DNA of 55,326 bases from a virus (Duplodnaviria > Caudoviricetes), in the IMG/VR virus record IMGVR_UViG_3300010362_000019, positions 1 through 55,326 of that record, one strand, 5' to 3'. A model generated the notes under the pieces. That model searched no databases and was not told where the DNA came from. It was given only the letters and a program-made list of their open reading frames with translations. Positions 1 through 8,602 of this stretch are shown here, in pieces (within the stretch, counting starts at the first letter, position 1; each line of letters begins with the position of its first letter). Position numbers and translations under genes: made by a program.

Positions 1-820
1 CCAGGAGAGCGTCTGCGTTGGTCGTGGTGATCAGCGTGGCCTTCCACAGCGCGATCTCGACGTGGGCCAGCAGCGGGCGTTTGGTTTGGTGTTCGGCCTC
101 GGGGCCTGAGCTGGCGCGGATCTTGGCTGAGGCACGCTCAGCCAGCCGCGCGACGTGACCCACGCCCTCGGCCCGGTAGCGCCCGTGGTTTACCGCAACG
201 TTGGTCGAGTCCGAGCTATCGAAATCGTAGAGATGCGCCTGGGACTGGGCGCGCATCATGTGGATCCGCGGCCTGATATAGGCCCCCTCACTCTCAGCTT
301 CCCACGCGTCGATCGCTGCGAACATCTCGATGATGCGGGCGCGCCACGTCGGCGAGCCGGTCTGCCAGTATTGGCCCGAGCTGCCGATGCCGATGTATCC
401 GAAGCCCTCGCAGAGATGCAGCAGGTAGTCGATGCTCTCGTGCATGTGCCAGATCGGCATGGCGCGGTCGTAGTCGAGCAGCGTGTGCGTCACGAGCTGG
501 TAGTTCTCAGCTTCGGTGCCGCCGATCACGTCGGGGATCACCGCAATCGCCTGGGGGCATCGGTCGAGGATGTCCTGGGCCCAGGCCTCGTATGCGTCCT
601 GATAGGCCTCGTCGCGGGCGCTGACGCCCTGCTTGTGCATGCTGAACGCGCCGTTATCGACCAGCAGGATGCCGTCTTCGCCGACCAGCCTGATCGCATC
701 GTTGAGCTGGGAGCCCAGGCGGTCGCGGGTGGCGTAGGAGATGCAGAACGAAGCGCCCGCCAGCTCCTCGAGGAGATGACGGGGGTTCAGCGGCAGGCCA
801 TAGATCGAGGTCTTGATCAT
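1..820 (-). CDS. TGT/DpdA-like (queuine tRNA-ribosyltransferase-like) base-exchange enzyme, 3' end outside window
   Basis: Hand translation from ATG 820 is open to the window edge: MIKTSIYGLP...LLVDNGAFS...AVIPDVIGG...PIWHMHES...GIGSSG...IHMMR...DSSDSTN, matching the motif order of phage TGT-like proteins; TGATG overlap with upstream gene; not in ORF track. Confidence 0.75.
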   Translation of the reverse strand, partial: MIKTSIYGLPLNPRHLLEELAGASFCISYATRDRLGSQLNDAIRLVGEDGILLVDNGAFSMHKQGVSARDEAYQDAYEAWAQDILDRCPQAIAVIPDVIGGTEAENYQLVTHTLLDYDRAMPIWHMHESIDYLLHLCEGFGYIGIGSSGQYWQTGSPTWRARIIEMFAAIDAWEAESEGAYIRPRIHMMRAQSQAHLYDFDSSDSTNVAVNHGRYRAEGVGHVARLAERASAKIRASSGPEAEHQTKRPLLAHVEIALWKATLITTTNADALL

Positions 821-1506
821 CACGCTGCTTCCTGCAGGGCCGCGCCGATCAGCGCATCGGCGTTGGTGGTGAACGGGCCGAGCGGGCCCCACTGGTCGGC
901 CATCGCCTGGGCGATGCCGGGGAAGAACCGGCTGCGCTCGCGCCAGCGGTTCTTGGTCTGGCCCATGCGGTGGACGCGATGTGAGCGACCCTCGACAACG
1001 TCGGTCGGCGTCAGGCGCGGCAGGTTCCGGAGCCAGAGGCAGGTGCGCTTGCTCTCGGGGTGGCCATACTCGTAGGGCTGCACGCTCTGCGAAAAATCGC
1101 GGTAGCCCTCGATGCGCTCCTTGGCGTGCCGGTGCATCACCGGGTTCTCGATGCACACCCGGTCGATCGGCGCGTTCCAGAAGGCGCTGAACAGCTCGGC
1201 GGCCTCGTCCAGCTCACGCCACATGGCGTCGAGCGTGCGCCCAGGCGGCGGCTCGGACAGCCAGCGCACACCGCTGTTGCACAGGCGCGTGCACGGCGGG
1301 TGCGCGACCATGAGCAGATCCCACCCCTCGTCGAGGTAGTCGCGGGCGTCGCCGCGGATGTGGCGATTGCTGTTGCGCTCAGCCGGGAGCAGATCGCACG
1401 ACCAAGCATCGTGGCCACGCGCCAGGAAAGCGTCGCGCACGGTGCCGGAAAACTCACAGGCGACCAGCACGCGGAGCGGGGTCGGGTCTTGTTCCATCTC
1501 GATCAT
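820..1506 (-). CDS. DNA cytosine-C5 methyltransferase-like protein (short phage type)
   Basis: RVLVACEFSG (SAM-binding-like), AHPPCT catalytic PC, ENP, GHPESKRTCLW, RSRFFPGIAQAMADQW; GAGGG RBS before ATG 1506. Confidence 0.75.
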   Translation of the reverse strand: MIEMEQDPTPLRVLVACEFSGTVRDAFLARGHDAWSCDLLPAERNSNRHIRGDARDYLDEGWDLLMVAHPPCTRLCNSGVRWLSEPPPGRTLDAMWRELDEAAELFSAFWNAPIDRVCIENPVMHRHAKERIEGYRDFSQSVQPYEYGHPESKRTCLWLRNLPRLTPTDVVEGRSHRVHRMGQTKNRWRERSRFFPGIAQAMADQWGPLGPFTTNADALIGAALQEAA

Positions 1507-1517
1507 CGACGTTTCCC

Positions 1518-2516
1518 TCAGAGTCTCTTGTCGCTCTCGCCGAACGCGCCGGCCGGGAGCTGCCAATCGTTGGTGAATACGGGTTCGTTCCAGTCGTCGG
1601 CGTCGGCCTGGGCGACCAGCTCGGGCTGCGCCAGGGCGGCTGCGAATGGGGTGCCGCGGTCGGCCAGCTCGTGGACGCTGCGACGCTTGGTGTCGATCGT
1701 CTTGCCGAACTGACGCTCGCGGGCGGCGATGCGCTCAAACCGCTCGGGGAAGACTGCGCGGATCGTGGCCCACTGGTCGACCGAGCCGAAGATGCAAGTC
1801 ATGCAGCTCAGCCGCGACCAGCCCAGGCGATACGCGGGGTGCGGGATGATCGCGTAGCGGCGGATGATCTCCCACACCTGCTCCTCGGACCAACCCAGGA
1901 CCGGGCGCCAGTGGTCGATGTGGCGGGGGTTCTTGCCGTCGCGGAGATCGGCCTTGTGCGGGCCGAACGCGGAATACTTCGCCCTGGCGTCGCTCTCCTC
2001 GGCGCGCTCGCCAGTGATGACCAGGGTGCGGCTGCGAACGAACCGGGGTTCGTTCTTCAGCATCATCTCCATGACCATGATCTTGAGGTAGGCCGAGCAC
2101 CAACGGATGCTGAGCGAGTGATGCTGGGCCGGATACTGCTCGCGGGTGTCGATCTTGCCCGCGGTGCCGCCGTTCACCTTCCAGCTGCCGTCTTCCGTCT
2201 CCCAGGCGGTTGGCGCGGTGCGGCTTTCGTGACGCAGCATCTCGCCCTCGAAACCCCCCACCTTGTGGCTGAAGTAGATCTTGAGCCCGAGAGCCTGGGC
2301 GACCCGCCGGCAATAGCTGGGGGTCGAGCCCCAATCCATGAAGCGGCGCTCGCCGCCGTCCACGTCATGGTGATGCAGCTCAATGCGGTCCTTGGGCACG
2401 CCCAGGTCCAGCAGCAGCAGCACAGAGGCGAGGCTGTCTTTCCCGCCTGAGAAAGCGACGATGTAGCGGTCGTAGTCGGTCGTGAAGGTCATCTCGGTCG
2501 TTTCACTCAACTTCAT
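1518..2516 (-). CDS. Phosphoadenosine phosphosulfate (PAPS) reductase family PP-loop protein
   Basis: IVAFSGGKDS PP-loop, RWCSAYLK, TGERAEES, HPAYRLGWSRLSCMTC; start 2516 or 2492. Confidence 0.85.
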   Translation of the reverse strand: MKLSETTEMTFTTDYDRYIVAFSGGKDSLASVLLLLDLGVPKDRIELHHHDVDGGERRFMDWGSTPSYCRRVAQALGLKIYFSHKVGGFEGEMLRHESRTAPTAWETEDGSWKVNGGTAGKIDTREQYPAQHHSLSIRWCSAYLKIMVMEMMLKNEPRFVRSRTLVITGERAEESDARAKYSAFGPHKADLRDGKNPRHIDHWRPVLGWSEEQVWEIIRRYAIIPHPAYRLGWSRLSCMTCIFGSVDQWATIRAVFPERFERIAARERQFGKTIDTKRRSVHELADRGTPFAAALAQPELVAQADADDWNEPVFTNDWQLPAGAFGESDKRL

Positions 2517-2536
2517 CTGTCGCAGTTTGCGACAGA
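2516..2536. promoter_or_regulatory. Palindromic operator-like site
   Basis: TCTGTCGCA-GTT-TGCGACAGA perfect inverted repeat; related copies at 2611-2625 and 9501-9515. Confidence 0.55.
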
Positions 2537-2599
2537 AACGACTGGGAAACAAGGGGCAAAAGCACCGTCCGTATACCACTATCGGCGTTAATGTGCGCA

Positions 2600-2628
2600 T
2601 TGACCGGCACGTCGCAATTTGCGATAAG
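2600..2628 (+). promoter_or_regulatory. Putative sigma70-type promoter with operator in spacer
   Basis: TTGACC-N17-GATAAG containing GTCGCAATTTGCGAT; lies in divergent intergenic region. Confidence 0.45.
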
Positions 2629-2678
2629 TGGCTCGCCGCCTGATTGTCGGGCGGCGGAACACACACGTGAGAGACCAA

Positions 2679-2906
2679 ATGACCTGTCAACACACCGAAG
2701 CCTGCGCCCGAGCCGACCAGTGCTTGGGCACATGCGGGGGCCAGATCGTTCGCGATACCGCCGGCCAATACTTCCGCGTCCGTGAGCTGCTGAACCCCGA
2801 TCTCGCGCACTGCTGGATGGGCAAGCCGACCAGCCGGAAGGGCGTCGACCGCAAGGGGCCAGCGCGGCTCGTCCGCAAGGCCGGCTGCACCGTGGTGGAG
2901 GGCTGA
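2679..2906 (+). CDS. Hypothetical protein (Cys-rich N-terminus)
   Basis: First gene of rightward operon; next ATG 2 nt after its stop. Confidence 0.6.
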   Translation: MTCQHTEACARADQCLGTCGGQIVRDTAGQYFRVRELLNPDLAHCWMGKPTSRKGVDRKGPARLVRKAGCTVVEG

Positions 2907-2908
2907 TC

Positions 2909-3100
2909 ATGAAGAGCCGTCTGACAATCAGCACGACCCCCACTGGCGTCGATCTGAAGCTGTTCCACTCGACCGGCCAGGGCAGCATCGCGCTGCCCTA
3001 CGCCCAGCTGCTCGATCTCTACGAGTGGCTCACCGAGTATCGCGAGGCCGGCTTCATGGCCGAGCCGTTCGTCGCGACAGCCCCCGAAGTGGAGGGCTGA
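2909..3100 (+). CDS. Hypothetical protein
   Basis: GGAGG RBS, tight coupling. Confidence 0.65.
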   Translation: MKSRLTISTTPTGVDLKLFHSTGQGSIALPYAQLLDLYEWLTEYREAGFMAEPFVATAPEVEG

Positions 3101-3102
3101 TC

Positions 3103-3375
3103 ATGCCAAACGCAAGCGACTACGGCTTCTCGATCGAGGGGCAGCTCCCCTCGACCGGGGCGCGGGCGGCAGACCTCTCCCGCACCATCACCGTCTCGAT
3201 CCGGAACGTCTACGGCAACGAGACCATCTACCCGGCCTGCCCGACCAGCCTGTTCTTCTGCCGGCTCGCCAGGACCAAGACCATCACCGAGGAGATGATG
3301 CGCCTCATCCGCGCACAGGGCATCGACGTCCGCGTCGAGGCTCCGACCCTCAAGTTCACAGGAGCCCGCTCATGA
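3103..3375 (+). CDS. Hypothetical phage protein
   Basis: GGAGG RBS; VSIRNVYGNETIYPAC motif; ATGA overlap with next gene. Confidence 0.65.
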   Translation: MPNASDYGFSIEGQLPSTGARAADLSRTITVSIRNVYGNETIYPACPTSLFFCRLARTKTITEEMMRLIRAQGIDVRVEAPTLKFTGARS

Positions 3376-3674
3376 GCACCAAAACCTACGAGCCCATGAC
3401 CGCATGGGCCTGCACCAACTCGATCCTGCGGTTCTGCGGTCTGGATGAGACGCTGTTCGCCGAGTGGAACGCTGCCTGCAAGCAGCAGCCTGCCAGCCAG
3501 GGCGAGTGGGATGCGGACGGTCGGTTCTATCAGGCCGTCAACCCGATCGAGGCCGCGCACCTGATCATCAGCTGGCGCGTGCTGTCACCGGCACATGCCC
3601 AGGCACACGACCGCCTGATGGAGGCTCTCGAGATGGCCGGGCGCTGGGCCAGGGAGGAGAGGGCCAGATCATGA
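3372..3674 (+). CDS. Hypothetical protein
   Basis: AGGAG RBS, ATGA overlaps. Confidence 0.65.
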   Translation: MSTKTYEPMTAWACTNSILRFCGLDETLFAEWNAACKQQPASQGEWDADGRFYQAVNPIEAAHLIISWRVLSPAHAQAHDRLMEALEMAGRWAREERARS

Positions 3675-4006
3675 AAGCGTTCCGCACCTACGCAGCCGCC
3701 AAGGTGCATGCCAAAGGGTTGCCGATCCTCGCGATCGGCAGCCACGGCAAGCATCTCTACGTCGCCTTCGACCACTGCCAGGACATGCTCGATGTGTCCG
3801 AGGAGGAGGTCACGCTCATCCGCCCCGATGGCCAATTCTGCGGCCACCTCTCGATGCGGCACCTCGATCGCCTGGGCGACGCCAACACCGCCCGCGCTGG
3901 GACGGGGCCGGCGGGGGAGCAGTGCTTTTCCCGGCATGACCTGGGCCTGCCCGAGCAGCGCCCGAGCATGATCAGAGTGTCCCCGAACGTGGTGAGGCGG
4001 GCATGA
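3671..4006 (+). CDS. Hypothetical protein
   Basis: GAGGAG RBS, ATGA overlaps. Confidence 0.6.
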   Translation: MKAFRTYAAAKVHAKGLPILAIGSHGKHLYVAFDHCQDMLDVSEEEVTLIRPDGQFCGHLSMRHLDRLGDANTARAGTGPAGEQCFSRHDLGLPEQRPSMIRVSPNVVRRA

Positions 4007-4197
4007 CCGAGGTCGACATCCAGCTCTGGCAGGACCACGAGGGCTTCTACTGGAAGCATGCCGCGGACGGGCTGCGGCTGCTCTTCGGCCCCTACCCCAC
4101 CCGCGACGCCGCCATGCGCGGCGCCCAGGCGCTCAACCGCGGCAGCTGCGTCTTCAGCGACGTGATGCTGCCGCCCGAGATCAGGAGGGCCGCCTGA
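4003..4197 (+). CDS. Hypothetical protein
   Basis: ATGA overlap; GPYPTRDAA motif typical of small phage proteins. Confidence 0.6.
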   Translation: MTEVDIQLWQDHEGFYWKHAADGLRLLFGPYPTRDAAMRGAQALNRGSCVFSDVMLPPEIRRAA

Positions 4198-4198
4198 C

Positions 4199-4444
4199 AT
4201 GCGCAGAGACATGCGCTCGACCCGCGCAGACGTGCGCAATCCGATCCTGGCTCTCCCCGCGGCTGCCAAGCTGCGGGAGCTGCCAGAGCCAGCCAGGGCC
4301 GCCCTGGTGGCGCTGCTGGGCGAGATCCGCCTGGACGCTGCTGCCCGAGCCCAGCTCTGCTGGCGCACCCACAAGGCCCCGATGGCCGCTTACTGGAAGG
4401 CCGTGAGCGTCTACGCCAACCACATCGGGAGGGCTGCGCGATGA
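4199..4444 (+). CDS. Hypothetical protein (mobile-element family, HKAPMAAYWKAVSVYA motif)
   Basis: GGAGG RBS, coupled. Confidence 0.65.
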   Translation: MRRDMRSTRADVRNPILALPAAAKLRELPEPARAALVALLGEIRLDAAARAQLCWRTHKAPMAAYWKAVSVYANHIGRAAR

Positions 4445-4680
4445 CCCAGCTCCCCAAGATCGAGTGGCAGCGGATCCCGCGCCTGGGCTTCATCAAGGCG
4501 CACTGGCTGGGCGAAGCCAACGGGCTCCGGTTCAAGATCTGGGCCCATCGCTCGGGTGGCACCCGCTTCCGCCGCGGTCAGCTCTCGTATGTCCTGGCGA
4601 ACGGGGCCGCCAGGACAGCCCACACCACCCTGGCAGAGGCCAGAGAACACGCCGCGTATCTGGCGTGGGGAGGCAAGTGA
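4441..4680 (+). CDS. Hypothetical protein
   Basis: ATGA and TGATG overlaps. Confidence 0.6.
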   Translation: MTQLPKIEWQRIPRLGFIKAHWLGEANGLRFKIWAHRSGGTRFRRGQLSYVLANGAARTAHTTLAEAREHAAYLAWGGK

Positions 4681-5192
4681 TGGACGCCCTGGCCGGCATC
4701 ACCCTCCACGACGGCAGGACAGGCATGAGCTGGACCCTGGACGATGGCGGTCGCAAGGCCGCCGGGTTCCATGGCCCGGCCAACGACTGCGTCTGCCGCG
4801 CCATCGCGGTCGCCACCCGCATGCCCTACCGCGAGGTCTACGACCGGCTCAACGCTCTCGGGCAGCTGGAGCGCAAGACCAAGCGTCGGCGCCGCAGCGC
4901 CGCCAGGACGGGCGTGCACAGGCGCACCTACGAGCGCCTGCTGTCTGAGCTGGGCTGGCGCTGGGTCGGCACGCGGCCGATGTTCGGGGGCGCTGTCACG
5001 TTCCTATGCCGGGAAGATCTTCCGCCTGGGCGCCTGATCGTCTCGGTGTCCAAGCACCTGACGTGCGTCATCGACCACGTGATCTACGACACCCACGACC
5101 CGCAGCGGGCTACGCCCACGCTGGTCAACGGGCTGCCGCGGATCTCGAGGCGACAGGTTTACGGCTACTACACACGGGAGAACGACCACTGA
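4680..5192 (+). CDS. Papain-like/C39-related phage protein (putative peptidase)
   Basis: DCVCRAIA ... KHLTCVID..IYDTHD Cys-His-Asp arrangement; alternative start 4725. Confidence 0.55.
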   Translation: MDALAGITLHDGRTGMSWTLDDGGRKAAGFHGPANDCVCRAIAVATRMPYREVYDRLNALGQLERKTKRRRRSAARTGVHRRTYERLLSELGWRWVGTRPMFGGAVTFLCREDLPPGRLIVSVSKHLTCVIDHVIYDTHDPQRATPTLVNGLPRISRRQVYGYYTRENDH

Positions 5193-6448
5193 TGGCGAAG
5201 CAGCGCCGCAAGATGCCGCGGTATACGGGCGACATGCCCCTATACCCGGTCAGGGAGCCGGGGGCCCGCAAGGCCCCCAAATCTGTGTCTGGGATGCGCA
5301 TGCCGGCGCCTGAGAAGCGCCAGCCCCTGCTGATCGACAAGTTCCTCTTCTCCAAAGGTGCCAGCGATCCTGTGGTGCCACCCAAGACGCTGGCCCAGCT
5401 CCAGGCGACCGCTCGCCGGGCGGAGAAATTTGTCTTCGACCAAGAGGCCTCGCTCCGCGTCGGACAGGTGGTCGCCCAGGTGCCCGAGCTGCTGATCAAG
5501 GAGGCTCGGTTCGCTCGGCCGCCCTACGAGACCATGTGGATCGAGTGGCCCTCTCGGCCGTATTGGCAGCAGCTCCACCCCGACCGGGATGCCGATGGCG
5601 ATGCGGACGATATGGTCGGCTACCTGTTCGACCATAACCGGGTGCATGTGATCGTCGACCAGACGTCCCAGGCGAGCATGTATAATCCGCCCGAGGGCTA
5701 TCTGATCCAGCGCGGGGCCGCGGTGTGCCCATTCATCTACGATCTGCTGACCGAGTGGCCCGAGGCCGAGCAGGAGCGGTTCCGCGTCGGCGCCAGTCTC
5801 ACCAGCCTGGAGCTGGATGGCTTCCTGGCCGGCAGCAGCATGCCCAGGCTGAGCGAGGAAGAGCGTCGGGTCTTGCGCTCCTACAATGCGGTCAGCTTCG
5901 CGCCGGCAAATCCTACCTACCCGGCCTACGAACAGATCATCTCACCGCTGCACAGGCGCTGGGCGATCCAGGGCTCGATGGGTGAGCTGCGGACCATCAT
6001 CGCGCTGCTGCTCATGATGAACCGGCCGAACCTGACCCGCTACAAGAGCGTGCTGCAGAACCATCGCACGTTCCACCACGGGCGCAGCGTCACCTACATG
6101 AAGCACACCGTGGTGACGGTGGATCTGGACCCGGTGCCCAGGCTGATGCTGGTGGGCTCGCAGCAGGACGAGGACGCCGGCCTGCGCCGCCGGCACCGCG
6201 TGCGTGGCCATTACTGCCATGACCAGAACGCCAGGGACTACATGCGGATCGCCGGCTGCATGCACGACTGGCGTGACTGCCACGACGACTGGACGCCCTG
6301 GCCCGAGGCTCACCCCGATGATCCAGACCACTGGATCTGTGGTGCCTGCGGCGGGAAGCGCTGGTGGCGCGTGGCACATGAGCGTGGCACAGCCCAGGTC
6401 GGATTTATTGGCCACGACGCATATGAAGTGACCAGCTCATCGTCATAG
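5192..6448 (+). CDS. Hypothetical phage protein with C-terminal RxHxVRGH...HERG motif
   Basis: 418 aa ORF, TGATG overlap; RRRHRVRGHY, CMH..CGACG, WWRVAHERG. Confidence 0.75.
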   Translation: MAKQRRKMPRYTGDMPLYPVREPGARKAPKSVSGMRMPAPEKRQPLLIDKFLFSKGASDPVVPPKTLAQLQATARRAEKFVFDQEASLRVGQVVAQVPELLIKEARFARPPYETMWIEWPSRPYWQQLHPDRDADGDADDMVGYLFDHNRVHVIVDQTSQASMYNPPEGYLIQRGAAVCPFIYDLLTEWPEAEQERFRVGASLTSLELDGFLAGSSMPRLSEEERRVLRSYNAVSFAPANPTYPAYEQIISPLHRRWAIQGSMGELRTIIALLLMMNRPNLTRYKSVLQNHRTFHHGRSVTYMKHTVVTVDLDPVPRLMLVGSQQDEDAGLRRRHRVRGHYCHDQNARDYMRIAGCMHDWRDCHDDWTPWPEAHPDDPDHWICGACGGKRWWRVAHERGTAQVGFIGHDAYEVTSSSS

Positions 6449-6483
6449 GCTATGACGGTTACCGAGAGACTACGCATAACTTC

Positions 6484-6518
6484 GCCCCTGTGGGTTCCCC
6501 CTCCAGGGGCTTATTTTT
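6484..6518 (+). terminator. Rho-independent terminator
   Basis: GCCCCTG...CAGGGGC stem followed by TTATTTTT, between convergent genes. Confidence 0.6.
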
Positions 6519-6546
6519 GCTTGGGCTGCGGGCTTTCTCGCACCGA

Positions 6547-6786
6547 TCAGCCTGACTTCGGTTCGTCACTCCAGCATCCGCATGGCCATTCCGGCGTGGT
6601 CTCATCGACCGGCAGACCATCCCACTCATCGCACCAGTGCGACTTGGCCCCGGTGAGCACCTTGCCCCGCCAGTGCAGGCAGTCCTTCCGCCATTGATCG
6701 CGCCATTCCGGCGCTATGTGCGGCAGATCCTCATCCCCGCCACGCTGCCCAGGCGCGGCTCCAGCGCCCTCTCCTTCGCTCGGCAT
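6547..6786 (-). CDS. Hypothetical protein (HWCxEWDGLPVDE..CxC motif)
   Basis: Trp/Cys-rich C-terminal part of ORF 6547..7017. Confidence 0.5.
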   Translation of the reverse strand: MPSEGEGAGAAPGQRGGDEDLPHIAPEWRDQWRKDCLHWRGKVLTGAKSHWCDEWDGLPVDETTPEWPCGCWSDEPKSG

Positions 6787-7132
6787 CTCTGATCCCCTCC
6801 AGCTCCTCGACCCTCCCACGCAGCGCCAGGGCCTCGTCCTGTGCCTGTTTGATTTGCTGCTGTGCCATGGCACGTGCCTCGGCATATGCCTCAGCCAGCC
6901 GATCGACCGCGAGCCGGAACGCTGCCAGGGCCTCCGTGTCCGTTTTCTCGACCACTTCGGAGGCGCCAGCCGGCTGATCGTAGCCCTCGGGCACAAGCAC
7001 CCTGACAGTGCCGTCATTGCCGTTCTGCCTCGGCCATTTCCGCCGCCTTGTCAGCACCACAGCGGCATGAACTGACGTGCCGCGTGCCTGTGACAGTTCC
7101 CGGTAGCTCATCCATCGTGCATCATCGGCCAT
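6731..7132 (-). CDS. HTH plus coiled-coil protein, alphaproteobacterial plasmid-type
   Basis: WMSYRELSQARG...RRRKWPRQNGNDGTVRVLVP, coiled coil, RRGRWSRAWAAWRG tail; GGAGG RBS. Confidence 0.65.
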   Translation of the reverse strand: MADDARWMSYRELSQARGTSVHAAVVLTRRRKWPRQNGNDGTVRVLVPEGYDQPAGASEVVEKTDTEALAAFRLAVDRLAEAYAEARAMAQQQIKQAQDEALALRGRVEELEGIRDAERRRGRWSRAWAAWRG

Positions 7133-7235
7133 CGGCTGTGCGCCCTCCCAGTGGCTGGCACGTGCCCTATTCTCAGTCTGCGAGCCGGGTCAACGCGTTA
7201 TGCGACGATCTTGCACATCATTTGTGAGGAGGCAC

Positions 7236-7850
7236 ATGCCCACACCCGCTGACCTCGAGCGCTTCGAGTCGTTCGCCACCATGGTCGACAACATCCTGCA
7301 GCGCGAGAACGAACCGCCGGCACCGGACGAAGAGGTCTGGCGCCTGATGGAAGCGGGCCTGGGGACAAGCGAGGCGGCCGATCGCATCATCGCCGGCCGA
7401 GCGGTCAAGGCGGATCTGCAGGAGCGCCTGGGCGAGCCTGAGCCTGAGCCTGAGCCAGCTGCCGCCCAGACTGCCATGCTGCGCGTGGGCCCGTTCCCGG
7501 TCGAGGAGCTGCAGGCCACAGCACAGCGGGTCGCCAAGGCCGCCAGGATGCGCGTGGAGGCGCTGGACAGCGAGACCGGTGAGGTGGTCGGCACCATCGA
7601 GCCCCCGCCTCCAGAAAGCCGGTCCAAGCTGGTGCGCGCCATTGTGCCGGCCATGCCAACCGTCATCGATCTCATGGTGCGACCGGGCGGCGTCAGCGCG
7701 CTCGAGGTCAAAGAGACGCTCGGCTGGCACAAGATCCCAGGCCCCTGGTTCTTCAAGAGCTGGGCCAATCGAGCGGGCAGGGCAGGGGAGCTGCAGCACC
7801 TGGGCAAGCACGAGGACGGCAGTGACATCTGGAGGATCACCAGCTCATGA
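7236..7850 (+). CDS. Hypothetical protein, possible C-terminal winged helix; PE repeat linker
   Basis: GAGGAGG RBS; GAGCCT tandem repeats encoding EPEPEPEP. Confidence 0.7.
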   Translation: MPTPADLERFESFATMVDNILQRENEPPAPDEEVWRLMEAGLGTSEAADRIIAGRAVKADLQERLGEPEPEPEPAAAQTAMLRVGPFPVEELQATAQRVAKAARMRVEALDSETGEVVGTIEPPPPESRSKLVRAIVPAMPTVIDLMVRPGGVSALEVKETLGWHKIPGPWFFKSWANRAGRAGELQHLGKHEDGSDIWRITSS

Positions 7851-7923
7851 GAAGACGAGCGCTGCTGCTGACGACCGCCCTGTCGTGGTCGCTGTGCTGG
7901 ATGGCTCTGCGTGAGCCCGGCGC

Positions 7924-8190
7924 ATGATCGAGGATGGCAACAGCCGACTGCACTGGATGCAGCGGCACGGCATCGTCGCCCCTCCCAGTCAGGCCGAGAA
8001 GGACCGGCTGATGCGGAAGCTGAAGCGCATCGTCGCCGAGCAGCCCGATGCTGACTTCGCCACTGTGCCTCTGACTGCCAGGGAGCGCGGCATGATCCTC
8101 AGTCTGTGCTTCGATGTGCACAAGAGCCCGACCGATCCCGATCGCGAGCTATTCGACAGCGTGGCTCGTGACCTGATGCAGATCGTCTGA
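7924..8190 (+). CDS. Hypothetical protein
   Basis: ORF with TGATG coupling to next gene. Confidence 0.55.
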   Translation: MIEDGNSRLHWMQRHGIVAPPSQAEKDRLMRKLKRIVAEQPDADFATVPLTARERGMILSLCFDVHKSPTDPDRELFDSVARDLMQIV

Positions 8191-8411
8191 TGGACGGCAA
8201 TCACCGTGCGGCTCGGGTCCAGCCGCTGACCCAGGCTGAGCGTCAGACGCTGATGCGCTATCTCGGTGAGCTGGAGGCAGCCGGCCTGGGCGATATGTCG
8301 ATGACCCACATCATCATGCCGGCGCATATCCACCGGCTGGTCGTCCGCATCGCGATGCTGCGTGGCGACGCAGAGATCGTCCAGCAGCTGCTCGAGAAGG
8401 AGGTCTCGTGA
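8190..8411 (+). CDS. Hypothetical protein
   Basis: Coupled ORF. Confidence 0.55.
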   Translation: MDGNHRAARVQPLTQAERQTLMRYLGELEAAGLGDMSMTHIIMPAHIHRLVVRIAMLRGDAEIVQQLLEKEVS

Positions 8412-8602
8412 TGCCAGCTCAGCTGATCTGCGACGCTCCAGGCTGCGGTGCGGTAGCGGAGCTGGACATAACATCCGGCATGCGCGTGAAGCCTCCAGGC
8501 ACGTGGTGGGCGCTCCCTGGAGCGGTCGCCTGCTGCGATCAGCACCTCATCCAGTCAAAACTGGTCCCAGAGCCCGCTCCGAGCATCACCCATAAGGCGT
8601 AG
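8408..8602 (+). CDS. Small Cys-containing hypothetical protein
   Basis: AGGAGG RBS; CDAPGC...CCDQH. Confidence 0.55.
   Translation: MMPAQLICDAPGCGAVAELDITSGMRVKPPGTWWALPGAVACCDQHLIQSKLVPEPAPSITHKA

Noticed and set aside
155-1075. 306-aa plus-strand ORF in the track
   Set aside because: Antisense shadow of the TGT-like and MTase-like genes; no protein-like motifs
2517-2810. N-terminal extension of the 430-aa PAPS reductase ORF
   Set aside because: Runs through the divergent promoter and a plus-strand gene; family motifs begin near 2490
7434-7457. GAGCCT tandem repeat as a contingency locus
   Set aside because: In-frame 6-mer encoding a Pro-Glu linker; cannot phase-shift
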